64,000 nucleotides of DNA from Octopus bimaculoides (GCF_001194135.2 NC_068983.1:154579935-154643934), one strand, 5' to 3'; counted from the first letter of the stretch, positions 25,050 to 39,739 are shown. The notes: generated from the sequence alone by a model not told the origin. Translations and numbers: made by a program.

Positions 25050-25800
25050 GGTAAAATGTTACCTCATAAATATTTTTAATAACTGTTTCCAACAGAGAAC
25101 CAAAGTGTAGATTCTACAATGATAAGATTGAAACAGTGAATCACTTAATCTCTGGAGGTAAAGTTTTAGTACCAGTAGAGTATAAATCGAGACAGGGTAG
25201 AGTTGACCAATATCGACATTGCTTACTACATCGGCATTATAAAACCAAAACTGTTGAGAAATGTAACTGAGGGAATAATTGTAACGATTATGTAGAAGTT
25301 TCCTGTACATATAGACAGAATCATCAATGCTAATAAATTCGATATTGGTGTAAAAGACCTAAACAATAAATTTTCCTTTTTTATTAATTGACATGAGTAT
25401 CCTTTGTGATCATAATAGTGCAGCAAGCTCAGAATTTTACAAGCTCAAAAAATATAAAGATTTGCTCATTGAAATCGAAACAATGGAGCACTTCAACGTG
25501 ATTACAATACCGGATCTTGCAAGAGCACTAAGAATGGTCAAAAAAGCAACTGAACATCGTTTGAGAATGATCCCTGGCCTACCATCCCTGCAAGAAGTGC
25601 AAAAGATTGTTTTAACTGGTACTTCACAAGTATTGAGGAGAGAGTGGTCGTTGTCGTTCGATGTGAATGATTATTTTTTCTATAACTTTATTTGATTTTG
25701 TAAATTAACAATCCGGTGTGTTTATTTTAATGGCGTATCTATGCATGTAGTGAGTTTCTTCACCTTAGGTGTCGGGCAGACACTCGGCAAGAAGAGGAAG
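25050..25800 (+). mobile_element. R4/Dong-like RLE LINE 3' fragment, a second lineage
   Basis: KCRF..ETVNHLISG..EYKSR (zinc knuckle), FPVHIDRIINANKFDIGVKD..LIDMSI, KYKDLLIEIE..IPGLPSLQEVQKIVLTGTSQVLRR. Confidence 0.85.
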
Positions 25801-26124
25801 CAAAAGGGAAGGAAAAATAACACTTTGCTCTTTCAATTTCAGAAACTTTAGTTATGCCATTGAGAATTGTACGCATATTTATAGATAGATAGAGAGAGAG
25901 AGATTGAGAGATAGATGTGTTTTTGCTTGTTTTTTCTTTGTATATATGTTATATAACTGCAGAATTCTTGATTTCTTTCAAATAGAGATGTAAGCGTTTG
26001 AAACTAAATCATGCATTATATTCAAATGTTAAAAAAAGTTTCTTTTTTGTAAAAAAAAAAAATAATAATAATCAAGGCTCCTAGCATTATTATTATTTTG
26101 TAACTTGTTTGTTGATTTTTCTTT

Positions 26125-26900
26125 TCTTTTTCTTTTATTTTTTTGCCTTCTTTCTATTTTTCATCATGCTGTCAGCTAAATTTTCAATAATACAAGCTCT
26201 AATTTGCTCCATTCTTTTTGAACTGCCATAAACACAATATACATGCTTCTAAGAGATATTGAATTTAGTTTTGCCTTAATGACGCTCCATAAATTTTCAA
26301 TGCAGTTCAGACTGTTTCGGTCAAGCAAAACTCAATTACATGAATTTGAAGAAACATTTTGACTATCTTGGCAGTTGAGTGAATGCTTTTTTTCATATGA
26401 TTGTATTATGGCCGTGAGTAAACTGTTTCATATAAAAGACAAGATACTTTTATAAAATTTCAATTCCTTCCTTATAATATCATGCAGTGACAATTCCATT
26501 GATTAGTAAAGCATTTAGACCACATTGTACATCCAGTTTTTGTTTCAATTTTTTCTCGTGTGTAAGCAATATTTTATGAATTTTAATTCAAATTTTCTCG
26601 TAATTTTTCTCATACTAATATGAAGGTCATCTGGAATGAAGGAAGAATCCATTTGTTCAGCAAAGATAGCAGTATGAAAGAAATTAGGAGTCCTTGCTTA
26701 GATGTTTTTCTTTCACCACAGCAGCACCAGCAAGAAAATCTTCAAGAAGGCCAAGATATTTCTTTTGGTAATGCAGTCTACAAGCTCTCCATCATCTCAG
26801 AATTGCGACATACACTTGTTTCCACTGGTCACTACCAATTTTATGGTACTCTCCTACCAAATTTACTCTCTTATTTGTCACTCTTCAAATAAGAAAGTTC
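26125..26900 (-). pseudogene. Decayed Tc1-like (DD34E) transposase
   Basis: Minus-strand frames give MWSKCF..FYKSIL, HSTAKIVKMFLQ, LNCIENLWSVIKAKL (SPDLNPIENLW motif) and QKEWSK..IENLADSM. Confidence 0.75.
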
Positions 26901-27099
26901 TATAGTTTTCTACTACTTGTTTGCCTTTTAATTCTGGATGGAGGAATGGTTGAGTGACTAAGAATTCCCCTTCACAGCATGAGGTTTAAAGCTCGATTCC
27001 GCAATGTAACATCTGAGGCAAGTGCTTCTAATCATAGACCAATTTCTTAGTCTGAAACAGTATAGATGTTGTCGTCTGATTATATTTGTAATTCAAGTA

Positions 27100-28190
27100 T
27101 TCCAGCAGTTTAATCAACTGAACTGCCTACTCGTTTCACAAAACCTTGTACTCTTAGGGTAATCGAAGTGCTGGAATAGTCCTTATTTAAAATGACAGAA
27201 ATCCGTCTCTTACTGACTTCACACTGCACACATAACAAACTGCCTCCTTCTCTTAAGCTTTACCATTTGCGCTCGACTCGTAACTGCATAAATACATTCG
27301 CCAAGTTCAAAATATCCTCTGATTAATCAAAACCCCACGCATTTGCTAGAACCACTCTTTCTTTTCATTTGAAAGAGACCTATCTTCGTTTATAGTCTTG
27401 GGCAGAAATATATCTCATAGTAAGAAAAATAAAATCCCTGGCTCAGCTAATTGTTAACTATTCACCTTCACTATAATTCAGGTCGTCGTTAGCAACCATT
27501 TTAAAGTCTCTCTACTCAGTAACCATGTGTGTGGTTCCTCTGAACACGAAAGCTGCACTCTTTCCTTGGTCAGACTCCTCACAACTTATCTTTCATTCTC
27601 TCATCTACCCTGGTGTTTCTTACCTCCTTGTTTCCACAGTAATTAATTTCCCCATCGCTCTTTTTTATATACCTTTACCATTTACGCCTTCCTTGGGGAC
27701 GTCGATGTACACATTCAGCCGTTCAAATATTCAAAGTGAACAGCATTCGCATCAGTCTCAAATTGGAAAAGGGCTGTAAACAGCTTGGAGAACGCTCTTC
27801 ATTCACCTCCTCTTCATCAGTATCCTCATTCACAGACTAACTAATTAAAAGCAATCTCTTTCCTGTTATCTTCTTTGTTTTCGATAAGTAGCCCCTGCGG
27901 TCACAAATTCCAATAAAAATTCCGGAATCCTTTCAGGAATTTTCTGCTTCCGTATGAATATATTTTTATTCCTTAGCTTGTTAGGAAATTCTTCGATACA
28001 GAAATGAAGGTTTTCTCACGGCAAGTTTTTGGTGAGATTTCTCTTATCTTTTCAACTGCCGGACACATTTCATTCGCTGATAAAGCTCTCTCATTATTTC
28101 CAGGGATTATTCTAAACGGAAGGCCATAAAAAAAGAAAGAATTAGCCATGTTTTATTTTTCGGATATTCTGCTTTTTTTTTTTATTATTT
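27100..28190 (-). pseudogene. Possible Tx1/L1 ORF1 relic
   Basis: Heavily interrupted; starts MANSFFFYGLPFR and ends K.RR.VCYVC, similar to the GRKPRCHIC knuckle entry of the 9.4-11.7 kb element. Confidence 0.35.
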
Positions 28191-28700
28191 AAAGTGCTTA
28201 AAGCTTATGACCTTCCACGTAGGTGAAAGAACCGTGTGCTCCTTAGAAAATACAAATATTCATTTTCACAAGTGAAACTTAAATAAACAGATACGTGAAT
28301 CATCTAATTACGTTAATAAAAGAAAGTATTAAGAAAAACTTAATGAAAACAAAATAACGAGCAAAATCTCTAGAAATATCGAAAAGAAATCAGGATTGTG
28401 GTTGAAAATTGGAAATTAAGATGGAAAAAAACTAATCCGCTTTTTCTTTTTTAATTCTCAACACAAAATGCAGTGATTACAGTAATTATATAATAACAGG
28501 GATCCGTAGCTTGTTCGGTAATTTTTGCAATTTTAATCAAATTATTTCGCCATGAGATGCTTCGTTGAGTTGTTTGATTGAGTGTACACACTGCACACGT
28601 TATACATATATACATACATACATGCATACATACATACATACATACATACATATCTGCACATGCACTATCTCAAAATAGTGTACATATGCACATATACATG

Positions 28701-28811
28701 TAAAAATACCCATTTGGTGTTCAAATGCCAATGAAGGAGCCTTGGATCTAGATTAGGGAACTAGCTATTTCTCTGTTGACAAGAATTCTTGAAACAAAAC
28801 TGAATACTGAC
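28701..28811 (+). mobile_element. 3' terminus of the (CATA)n-tailed R4-like LINE, solo copy
   Basis: AAAAATACCC..GGAGCCTTGGATCTAG.TTAG..TCTTGAAACAAAACTGAATACTGAC, flanked by (CATA)n on both sides; reverse complement of the units at 30715-32270. Confidence 0.8.
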
Positions 28812-29518
28812 AAACATACATGTACACATACATACTTACATACATACATACATACATACATACGTGCATACATACATATGTATGTACCTATATATTCTTG
28901 TATATATACGTCTNNNNNNNNNNNNNNNNNNNNNNNNNNNNNNNNNNNNNNNNNNNNNNNNNNNNNNNNNNNNNNNNNNNNNNNNNNNNNNNNNNNNNNN
29001 NNNNNNNNNNNNNNNNNNNNNNNNNNNNNNNNNNNNNNNNNNNNNNNNNNNNNNNNNNNNNNNNNNNNNNNNNNNNNNNNNNNNNNNNNNNNNNNNNNNN
29101 NNNNNNNNNNNNNNNNNNNNNNNNNNNNNNNNNNNNNNNNNNNNNNNNNNNNNNNNNNNNNNNNNNNNNNNNNNNNNNNNNNNNNNNNNNNNNNNNNNNN
29201 NNNNNNNNNNNNNNNNNNNNNNNNNNNNNNNNNNNNNNNNNNNNNNNNNNNNNNNNNNNNNNNNNNNNNNNNNNNNNNNNNNNNNNNNNNNNNNNNNNNN
29301 NNNNNNNNNNNNNNNNNNNNNNNNNNNNNNNNNNNNNNNNNNNNNNNNNNNNNNNNNNNNNNNNNNNNNNNNNNNNNNNNNNNNNNNNNNNNNNNNNNNN
29401 NNNNNNNNNNNNNNNNNNNNNNNNNNNNNNNNNNNNNNNNNNNGTTATCGACTCATCCCCTCCCCCAAAATTGTGGCAAATTTTGAGACCATTCTTCTTC
29501 TTCTTCTTCTTCTTCTTC

Positions 29519-29564
<46 letters not shown>

Positions 29565-29569
29565 TGTGT

Positions 29570-29736
29570 GGAGGCGCAATGGCCCAGTGATTAGGGCAGC
29601 GGACTCGCGGTCGCAGGATCGCAGTTTCGATTCCCAGACCGGGCGTTGTGCGTGTTTATTGAGCTGGGGAGAACACATACGCCATAGAAACCGGGAAACC
29701 GGGTCCATGAGCCTGGCTAGGCTTTCAAAGGCGCAT
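29570..29736 (+). mobile_element. Chimeric SINE: SINE-D head joined to a different tail (T3)
   Basis: Matches the SINE-D head through GTTTATTGAGC (29664), then switches to TGGGGAGAACACATACGCCATAGAAACCGGGAAACCGGG..GGCGCAT plus an A-rich tail. Confidence 0.7.
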
Positions 29737-29756
29737 AATAAATAAATAATAAGTTA

Positions 29757-29985
29757 TTTAGGTGGCTAGCTGGCAGAATCGTTTACACGCAGGGAAGATG
29801 TTTAGCGGCACTTTGTCCGTCTGTTCGTGCTGAGTTCAACTTTCACTGGGTTCGACTTTGCCTTTCATCATTTCGAGGTCGATAAATTAAGTACCAGTCA
29901 TGTACTGGGGTGGTGGGTCGATGTAATCGACTAGTCCCCTCTCCACAAATTTCAGGCCATGTGTCTTTAGTAGAAAGGATTATTA
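29757..29985 (+). mobile_element. SINE-A copy with (ATT) tail
   Basis: Full motif set ending TAGTAGAAAGGATTATTATT. Confidence 0.9.
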
Positions 29986-30045
29986 TTGTTATCATCGATT
30001 TCTCCCTCCTCGAAATAGTTGGTCCATATACCTATAGTAAACACA

Positions 30046-30096
<51 letters not shown>

Positions 30097-30107
30097 ACTG
30101 ATGTTGC

Positions 30108-30141
<34 letters not shown>

Positions 30142-30641
30142 GATGGGGTTGCTGCTACTTGTGTTACTGTTGCTGATATTGTTAGTCAAGTAGTTGCAGT
30201 GAATCAGAACCTGCAGTTTCGTGTTAATGCCTTTCTAGTAAGGAATAAAATGTTGATAGCTAGTTTATATTTCGCTCACATTACATGGAGCTTCCAAGTT
30301 AAATATCCAAAAATACTGTTGCAGATACAGTACATTCGTATGCAAAAATATATACAACATTTAATATTTCTATTACTTATTTCTTTCCTGTGTGAGTGTG
30401 TGTGGGTGTATAAACACCTGATCAGAAAATATGTATTATCACATAGGAAATTTACGCGTGTATGTAAAGGATTCCAGATATGAATCTATAGTTTGAATCC
30501 ATATCTGCAGAGCGGATGTATGTACACAAATGCTATTATGCGGTTTTCCTGTGGGTAATGGGAGAAAATGCTTACTGTATGCATATTTCTGTGAGTGCAT
30601 CTGTGCGTGGCTTAACAATTAGATGACGAGCCTTCGCAATG

Positions 30642-30697
<56 letters not shown>

Positions 30698-30714
30698 TGT
30701 ACGTATGTGTGTGT

Positions 30715-31976
<1,262 letters not shown>

Positions 31977-32199
31977 TATATATGCATGTATGCATGTATG
32001 AATGCTTGCACTTATGCATGAATGTATATATGCACACGTGTATGAATGCATGCACGTATTTATGCACGTATGTATGCACGCATGTATGTGTGTATTTATG
32101 TATATATGTCTGTAAGAATACATGCGTGCCTGCACGTATGCGTATACGTACATATGTAACTATGTACGTGCGGATGTATGTATGCATATATGTATGTAT

Positions 32200-33290
32200 G
32201 TCATTATTCATTTTTATTTCAAGATTGTTTGCCAATAGAGAAAGAGCCGGTTTCTAGTCTAGATCCAAGGTTACTGTTCCACTCACAGATTACACTTGTA
32301 ATGTACCAATTAGCCGGTCGATTTCTCTTTGTAAAAATCCCAGTTTATCCAGATTATCCTTTAAGCATTTAAGAACAAAACTTAGTGCCACAATTATTGT
32401 TGGTTTGAATATGAATTTATAGTCTGGATGTAGATGCTGGAGGTTTCAAAGCAATTGTCCATATATATCCTCTTTTTCTTTGATTTTCAAAGATATATTT
32501 ATATCTGCAGGGCAGCTGACTTCTGTGATGGTACATACGTTTGCCCCTCTGTCCCAAGCAACAATATCTGCCCTGTTATGTTTAGATTAGACAGAAATTT
32601 TAGTGGGAATATTCCACCATTATTCTTTGAGTTGCTGTTTATGAATGTATTCCATAACAGAGGGGTTTTCTAAGTTTATTTCAGGACAGTCTTTTTGCGG
32701 ATGGCATTGTGAATTGTTTTAACAACAACATCGTGCCGCATAGGGAGGTAAACAGAAGCATGAGCCTACACATGCGGTTGCGCCTTCGGATTACAAGAGT
32801 GTCATTGTCTCTCTTGTTCACCAGATATTTTTTGGTAGTCTCCTGTTCCTGGATTGCAAACGCATAGCCTTCAAAGTGTGGTGTAGTGGTCTTGTGTCCA
32901 AGAGAGACTGCGCTTCGTGTCGATTCTACTGTCTTCTTCAAGCTTCCAGGTAACATACCCATGCATAGTCATTTTTTTTTATGCTGAGCACATTCTATCC
33001 ATTTTGGGGCTGTATCAGAAATACAGTGCTTTTTGGGGATCGCACTGCCAACTCGTACAATGTTGCTCACTTCACTTTTCAGCACTGCATTTATATATAT
33101 ATTCTTGCTGCTGTTGTTTAGCAGATGCTGCCTGAGTGATACAATATGGCATTAAAATGACGTCTGCACTGATCTCAGGCTTCTACCACCTTCATTTCTT
33201 CTTAGGTACAGCCTGTCAACATCACTGTTTCTGTGGAAGTTGCAAGTTGCTGTCAGGATTTTGCAGATGGCATTGTAAATTGTTTTAGCG
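32200..33290 (-). mobile_element. Longer R4-like RLE LINE fragment (copy D) with the same 3' terminus
   Basis: Minus-strand motifs: KILT..NFHRNSDVDRLYLRRNEGGRSL; HGYV..SLSW..HFEGYAFAIQEQE; CRL; RHDVVVKTIHNAI; WWNIP; DIVAWD..EVSCP; NLQHLHPDYKF; SVSGTV. The terminal ~70 bp is joined at 32270/32271. Confidence 0.85.
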
Positions 33291-33359
33291 ATGTATGCAT
33301 GCATGTATGTATGTATGTATGTATGTATGTATGTATGTATGTATGTATGTGTGCATATG

Positions 33360-33450
33360 TACCGATTCGTATGTCTTGTTTTTGGTATATATTCTTATGC
33401 ATATAGTTGCATGTCTAGACATGCTCATATATACTTAAATGATATATATT
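33360..33450 (-). mobile_element. Fifth fragment (3' UTR) of the same R4-like family
   Basis: TTCTTATGCATATAGTTGCATGTCTAGACATGCTCATATATACTTAAATGATA matches 31228-31280 and 31720-31775. Confidence 0.7.
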
Positions 33451-34134
33451 TATGTTTACTGTTGGATGTCTGACTGCGTCTTCTCACTTTAGTCAAAAAT
33501 TATAAAACGAATACCCGCAAAACCATTATGTCCTGATTTATTATCTCATATTGAATGTTTTGTAACATTCATTTGGATCACTTAAGTGCTTGAATTAGAT
33601 TCAAAATTAATCACGTAAAGCAATTATAAAGTTTCCTTTCGCTTTCATTTTCAGGAAACTATTCATTTTTGCTTTCATTACCGGAATTGATGTTTTAAAG
33701 TCCATTATATATCATATTTGTTAATTTTTTATTTACAGCAGCTACTCTCACTTTTCATATAATGTCTCTACTTTTACACCTGAATCCTAATATCGTTTTT
33801 AAAAATATTGACGCTTTCAGTCTTTTCAAATTTTGTATCACTACTCAATTATAACTCATCAAAATTGTTACTGAATAGTATGGGAATATTTGTTTTATTT
33901 AAATGCTTTATTTTTTCGTTTGTTATTTTTTGAAAATGTAATTTTATTGTAAAATGTCCTCAATCATTTTTCAAATAGTTGTTTTTTACTTTTTTCTTCT
34001 AGTCCCTCGGTCACTGTGTCACGCTGTTATCTCGTTAAACTTTATGTTACACGAAATAAAGTAGAGACAGTTCTGGGTACTAATGTACATTTGTACTAAT
34101 GTTCTAAAGTACATTTGCAAAATGGGTTTTAATA

Positions 34135-34785
34135 ATCCTGTGTACTCAGGCACAAGGCTTGAAATTTTGAGTGGATGGTACCAGTCGATTTGATCGACCC
34201 CAGTACGCAACTGGTGCTTAATTTATCGAAAGGATGAAAGGTGAAGTCGGTGGAATTTGAAGTTAGAACGAGAAGACGGACGAACTAACGCTAAGCATTT
34301 CACCCGGTGTGCTAACCGTTCTGCCAGCTTACTACCTTTAAAAAAACGAGCGGCCTGTGTTTAATAATACCCAAAAATCTATACAATATGTGACATTAAG
34401 AGTGAAGCAACAATAGTGTAAGTTATGACTAATTCCTGCTTGCTGCTTATACATCTGTCTTCGTCTTTTGTGTCGATGCATTAAGAGCAAACACTACCAA
34501 TTGAAAGATATGACTACTTATTGCTGCCAACCAGTCAGCTATTAAATGCTACTATATAAAGAAATTCATAAGGTGGTGAACTGGCGGAAACGTTAGCGCG
34601 CCGGGCGAAATGCTCAGCGGTATTTGGTCTTTCTTTACGTTCTGAGTTCAAATTCCGCCGAGGTCGACTTTACCGTTTATCATTTCGGGATCGATAGATT
34701 AAGTACCAGTTGCATACTGGGGTCGATCTAATCGGCTGGACCCCTCCCAAAAAATTTTTGACCTTGTGCCTAGAGTAGAAAAGTA
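34135..34785. mobile_element. Inverted pair of SINE-A copies (minus ~34135-34340, plus ~34570-34785)
   Basis: The same motif set in opposite orientations about 230 bp apart. Confidence 0.9.
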
Positions 34786-35249
34786 TATATAGGGAGTCCT
34801 TTGTTGTAGTGCAGTTGTTACTTGGCAGACGGATGCAAAAAATGCGGATACTCGGAATACCATCACTATATTTTACCAATGGGTAATTTTGTATATTTTC
34901 TTTGTTATATTTGTTGACTGCGTTTCCACAGTCACTGAAAATGCGCGGCTTTCCACTATGTAAGAGTTCAAACTTGTTCATCAGATAAAATATTTAAAGC
35001 AAACATCATATAAGAAGTAAACTCCGTGCCAACATTTGAAGTGAAGCAACAAGTCTACTATTGTAGTGTATAGCTACTACCACATAAAGAATACGTTTCT
35101 AGAATTCGAAGCAACTTCTTGCTGGAAATAAGAAATAAATCANNNNNNNNNNATATATATATATATATATACACATCCAAACGTCAAAGTCACCAGCCCC
35201 TATCCACACTTACACACTCTCACATACATACACGCACGTGCACCTTCAT

Positions 35250-35535
35250 TTTGGGATCACCAGTACTTTATCTCCCCTTCTTCCTAGCTCTCCTGTCCAA
35301 CTACCTTTGTCCAACCGATCGCCATGACTGACCGCTAAATCTGTAAGTTTTCTTTTTTTTATTCCCCCTCTGTTTATTTCCTTGTGTTCCTTTCTGCTGA
35401 AGAGCGTAGGCTCGAAACGTAAAAGACTATCTCACCTTCCCAAACGTCAAACTAATATACCTGCATGTTATTTATACACCTGTCTTCGTCTTTTGTTGTT
35501 TTCTTTTTGTTTTTGTTTTTTGTAAATTTCAACTA
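35250..35535 (+). mobile_element. Penelope-like pseudo-LTR fragment
   Basis: Contains a hammerhead-like core and the motif ACACCTGTCTTCGTCTTTTG, which also occurs at ~34450. Confidence 0.6.
35390..35425 (+). ncRNA. Minimal type I hammerhead ribozyme-like motif, core variant
   Basis: CTTT|CTGCTGA|A|GAG-CGTAGG-CTC|GAAAC|GT|A|AAAG: 4-bp helix I, 3-bp helix II, palindromic ACGT helix III. Core position A6 is non-canonical (C). Confidence 0.55.
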
Positions 35536-35540
35536 TATAT

Positions 35541-35574
<34 letters not shown>

Positions 35575-37714
35575 AATGTAGCATGAGAATCACCATAAAA
35601 ATTAGTAGATTTTGATTTTTACACTCAGGTCCCAAAAGATAACTCACACCGCAAATAAATATGTAAAGTTTGAATATGCATGAAAATTGCTCCTAGTTCG
35701 AATTTGTAATTAGCGTTAGGTGCAGACAGATGACAGCAAGAATTGCATGATGGGCATTCAAAAATCACCAGCAATTAGCTTGCCTTGATTATAAGTGATC
35801 AGCAGTGTGGAGAAAGAGAATTGCCTAAAACATCGAAATGACAGGATGAGAATAATTGAGAAATAGATTTTTTTATATTCTTCATTGTCCCTTTGTCTGT
35901 GCACATGGAGAAGAAGGGTGCCAGTTTGAAATTTTTAAAATTCAGTGACTGGAATTATGTCATGCATGAATTTTTACGCATATTACTTTAATGCTTGTAA
36001 TAAATATTTCGACTCCATGCAAAACATATCCAGAATTATTGCATCAGTATTCTGTTGTTATGTATGCCATAGAGAGAATAAGAAAACAAAGGTTGCTAAA
36101 CATGTTATACAAAAAAACTTTGCATGTTGATCTTTGTAATGGCATCCTGTGTGATAAACCAAAAGAAGTGGTAATTTGTGCTTTCTTCTCTATTTCGTTT
36201 CGCAGAAAATAGAAGATACGAGCACAAACAGATGTCATTACCTGTGTCACAACTTCTGGTACGCCATATCACTTCGATACATTTGCCAGAAATCCTACTT
36301 CAAAGGATATTAGAAAGAAAAAGCCTTTCTCGGGAATGTCTGTTTAAGAGCTATGATATTTGTTAAGCAGAGCTTTAAGACAAAACCTCATCAGAATGAA
36401 CGAAACTTATATAAAAGTACATTATGCTCGGTTCTACGTGAAGCAATATGTGCACCATAAAGTAGCAGGAAATTAGCCTTACTCATAGATCTAATCACAT
36501 CGCCTTAAGAACAAATATCTTCTTCAAATGAATAATAGGCAGATCTCGTGCGCCCTGGAAGTGACCAAAAATTTTGATTTTGCTCTGTGACAAAATCGAC
36601 GGTTCATGGCTTATGTGAACGTTTAAATTCTTCATATATAAAAGAATAAATATAATAGATGTGTCGACTTTTTTTTATCTCAGAAGATGATAAAACTAAT
36701 GAAGGTGCTCACCCTTTCTTGCAGGCTAAGAATCCATGTAGAGGCTCCCTCGTTGATGTTCTTATTGTCTGATTTCCCTATTAACAGTCTAAAATGTAAC
36801 GACCCCAATGATTTACTGTTATTATAATGCATACATAAAAAAATAGGTCGAATTTTCACAGTACCTTTTGTTTATTGTTAATAATTTACACACTCAAGAG
36901 GTCCCTATTCAATTTTGTTTACTGACTCACATTTCGAAGTCGATGAAGATTGTTGATTTCGTCATTTATTGCCGTTGGCGTTATGATTGTGGCTAACAAG
37001 CATTTCATCATATTACATTTATATTTTCCTACTAAAGTTATTATTTAACTAGCAAACAATGACTAAAATAGTTGTACTGATATATCTACGCCCACTACCG
37101 CTTTCGTTGTCCCCGTGTCCATATAAGATTCTTCTCCTGTCCTCAGGTGTGGTATCCCTCTCTTATTGAAATTCTAAGTTAGCTAGATGCATAATATCCC
37201 TCTTCAAGCTCTGGCGTCACACACGTCTCTACTGTTCGTTCTTTCGCAAACCCTGTATGATTGATTCTTGCTTACCAAGAAACTCGATTCAGTCCACGTT
37301 TTTACTACATTTCTCAATCCGTAGGTGCTCGAGTTGAGCGTAAAACAAGGAAATCTATGCAGTTTCCAAGGGTTTGCGCTGATTATAGTCTCAGTTTTTT
37401 TTTTACCACCTCAGTAAATGCCAAAAATGTGTGTTCTTATGTGTCGGGGTATGTGTACATGTACATACGTATGCACCGATAGACTGCATATATACGTACA
37501 TATTCTTGTATATACATACATATGAATGTGTGCTTGCATACACATGTGTGTGAGGGAATAGTGTTTTTAGGAATCTATGCATATACGCGTACATTATTAA
37601 GATAGTCACTCCTTTATTCTCGTTCTTCCACTTTCTCCCTCTCTGGCACACTCTAACACTCTCTTCGTCTCTCTCTTTCTGTCTTCTTTTTATCTTTCTC
37701 TCTCTGTCTCTCTC

Positions 37715-37762
<48 letters not shown>

Positions 37763-38044
37763 TCATGGACTTTTCATACTTGTCTGTATTTGTATCAACA
37801 TACGTCAAATGACACTCCATCTCACAATTTTCTTCTGTATGTATGCACTATATGCATGTATTGATATATATGTAACTACGTATGTATACGTATCAGTATG
37901 GGTGTACATAGAAAGCATATGTATACACACATACACACACACACACACACATGCATGTTTGTGTGTGTGTGTGTGTGTATGGATAGTTAGGGAGATAGAG
38001 GGAGAGAGAGTGTGTGCATATGTATATATAGATATGTATATATG

Positions 38045-38120
<76 letters not shown>

Positions 38121-38967
38121 CATATGTATGGATATACATACATATGTATGGATATGTATATATATATATATCTACAAATATATAAAAGCAAATGCATCGA
38201 TATGTACGAGTATGTACGTATATGTATACATGTATAAATGTATGCATGTATCTATGAATGTATGCATGTATGCATGCATGTAGGCATTTATGTATATATG
38301 TATGCTTGCAAGTGTGTATGCATGTATGCAAATATGTATGTATGCATACATACATGTACGTATGCATGTATGTATGTATTCAAGTATGTATATATACATA
38401 CACACTCACATATACACACGCACACACACACNNNNNNNNNNNNNNNNNNNNNNNNNNNNNNNNNNNNNNNNNNNNNNNNNNNNNNNNNNNNNNNNNNNNN
38501 NNNNNNNGTATGTATGTACGTATGTATGTATTCAAGTATGTATATATGACAACTTTAACACACACAGTACAGGTACATACAGAAAACAACAAGTCGAAAC
38601 CAATCAACAGCTACATAATAGGCTAATGAACACATTATACTCTATGCAGAAATTGCATTTTCGCCGACAACATTTCTAAGTTATCAATGTCTATTTTGTT
38701 CTTGTATTTCTATGCTTGCTTGCTATCTTTCTTCCTTTCCTTTTTTCTTTCCTTCTTTCTTTCATTCTGCTTTTCTTTCGTTCTTCCTTTCCTTCTTTCT
38801 TTCAAGGATTTTTTTTTTCTTCTTTCTATTTTCATAGTTTCAGAAAGAGCTCATTTGTCATCTGATTTAAACTGTTACAAAGAAACTTCTTTGCTATTCT
38901 GAAAATGTCAACACCCAACCAATATGCTATTTGTACATTGTCTAATTTATTTTTGCTGTTTCTTGGG

Positions 38968-39000
<33 letters not shown>

Positions 39001-39739
39001 NNNNNNNNNNNNNNNNNNNNNNNNNNNNNNNNNNNNNNNNNNNNNNNNNNNNNNNNNNNNNNNNNNNNNNNNNNNNNNNNNNNNNNNNNNNNNNNNNNNN
39101 NNNNNNNNNNNNNNNNNNNNNNNNNNNNNNNNNNNNNNNNNNNNNNNNNNNNNNNNNNNNNNNNNNNNNNNNNNNNNNNNNNNNNNNNNNNNNNNNNNNN
39201 NNNNNNNNNNNNNNNNNNNNNNNNNNNNNNNNNNNNNNNNNNNNNNNNNNNNNNNNNNNNNNNNNNNNNNNNNNNNNNNNNNNNNNNNNNNNNNNNNNNN
39301 NNNNNNNNNNNNNNNNNNNNNNNNNNNNNNNNNNNNNNNNNNNNNNNNNNNNNNNNNNNNNNNNNNNNNNNNNNNNNNNNNNNNNNNNNNNNNNNNNNNN
39401 NNNNNNNNNNNNNNNNNNNNNNNNNNNNNNNNNNNNNNNNNNNNNNNNNNNNNNNNNNNNNNNNNNNNNNNNNNNNNNNNNNNNNNNNNNNNNNNNNNNN
39501 NNNNNNNNNNNNNNNNNNNNNNNNNNNNNNNNNNNNNNNNNNNNNNNNNNNNNNNNNNNNNNNNNNNNNNNNNNNNNNNNNNNNNNNNNNNNNNNNNNNN
39601 NNNNNNNNNNNNNNNNNNNNNNNNNNNNNNNNNNNNNNNNNNNNNNNNNNNNNNNNNNNNNNNNNNNNNNNNNNNNNNNNNNNNNNNNNNNNNNNNNNNN
39701 NNNNNNNNNNNNNNNNNNNNNNNNNNNNNNNNNNNNNNN

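Noticed and set aside
25393-25695. 100-aa ORF as a host gene
   Set aside because: It is the RLE C-terminus of an R4/Dong-like LINE with upstream frameshifts.
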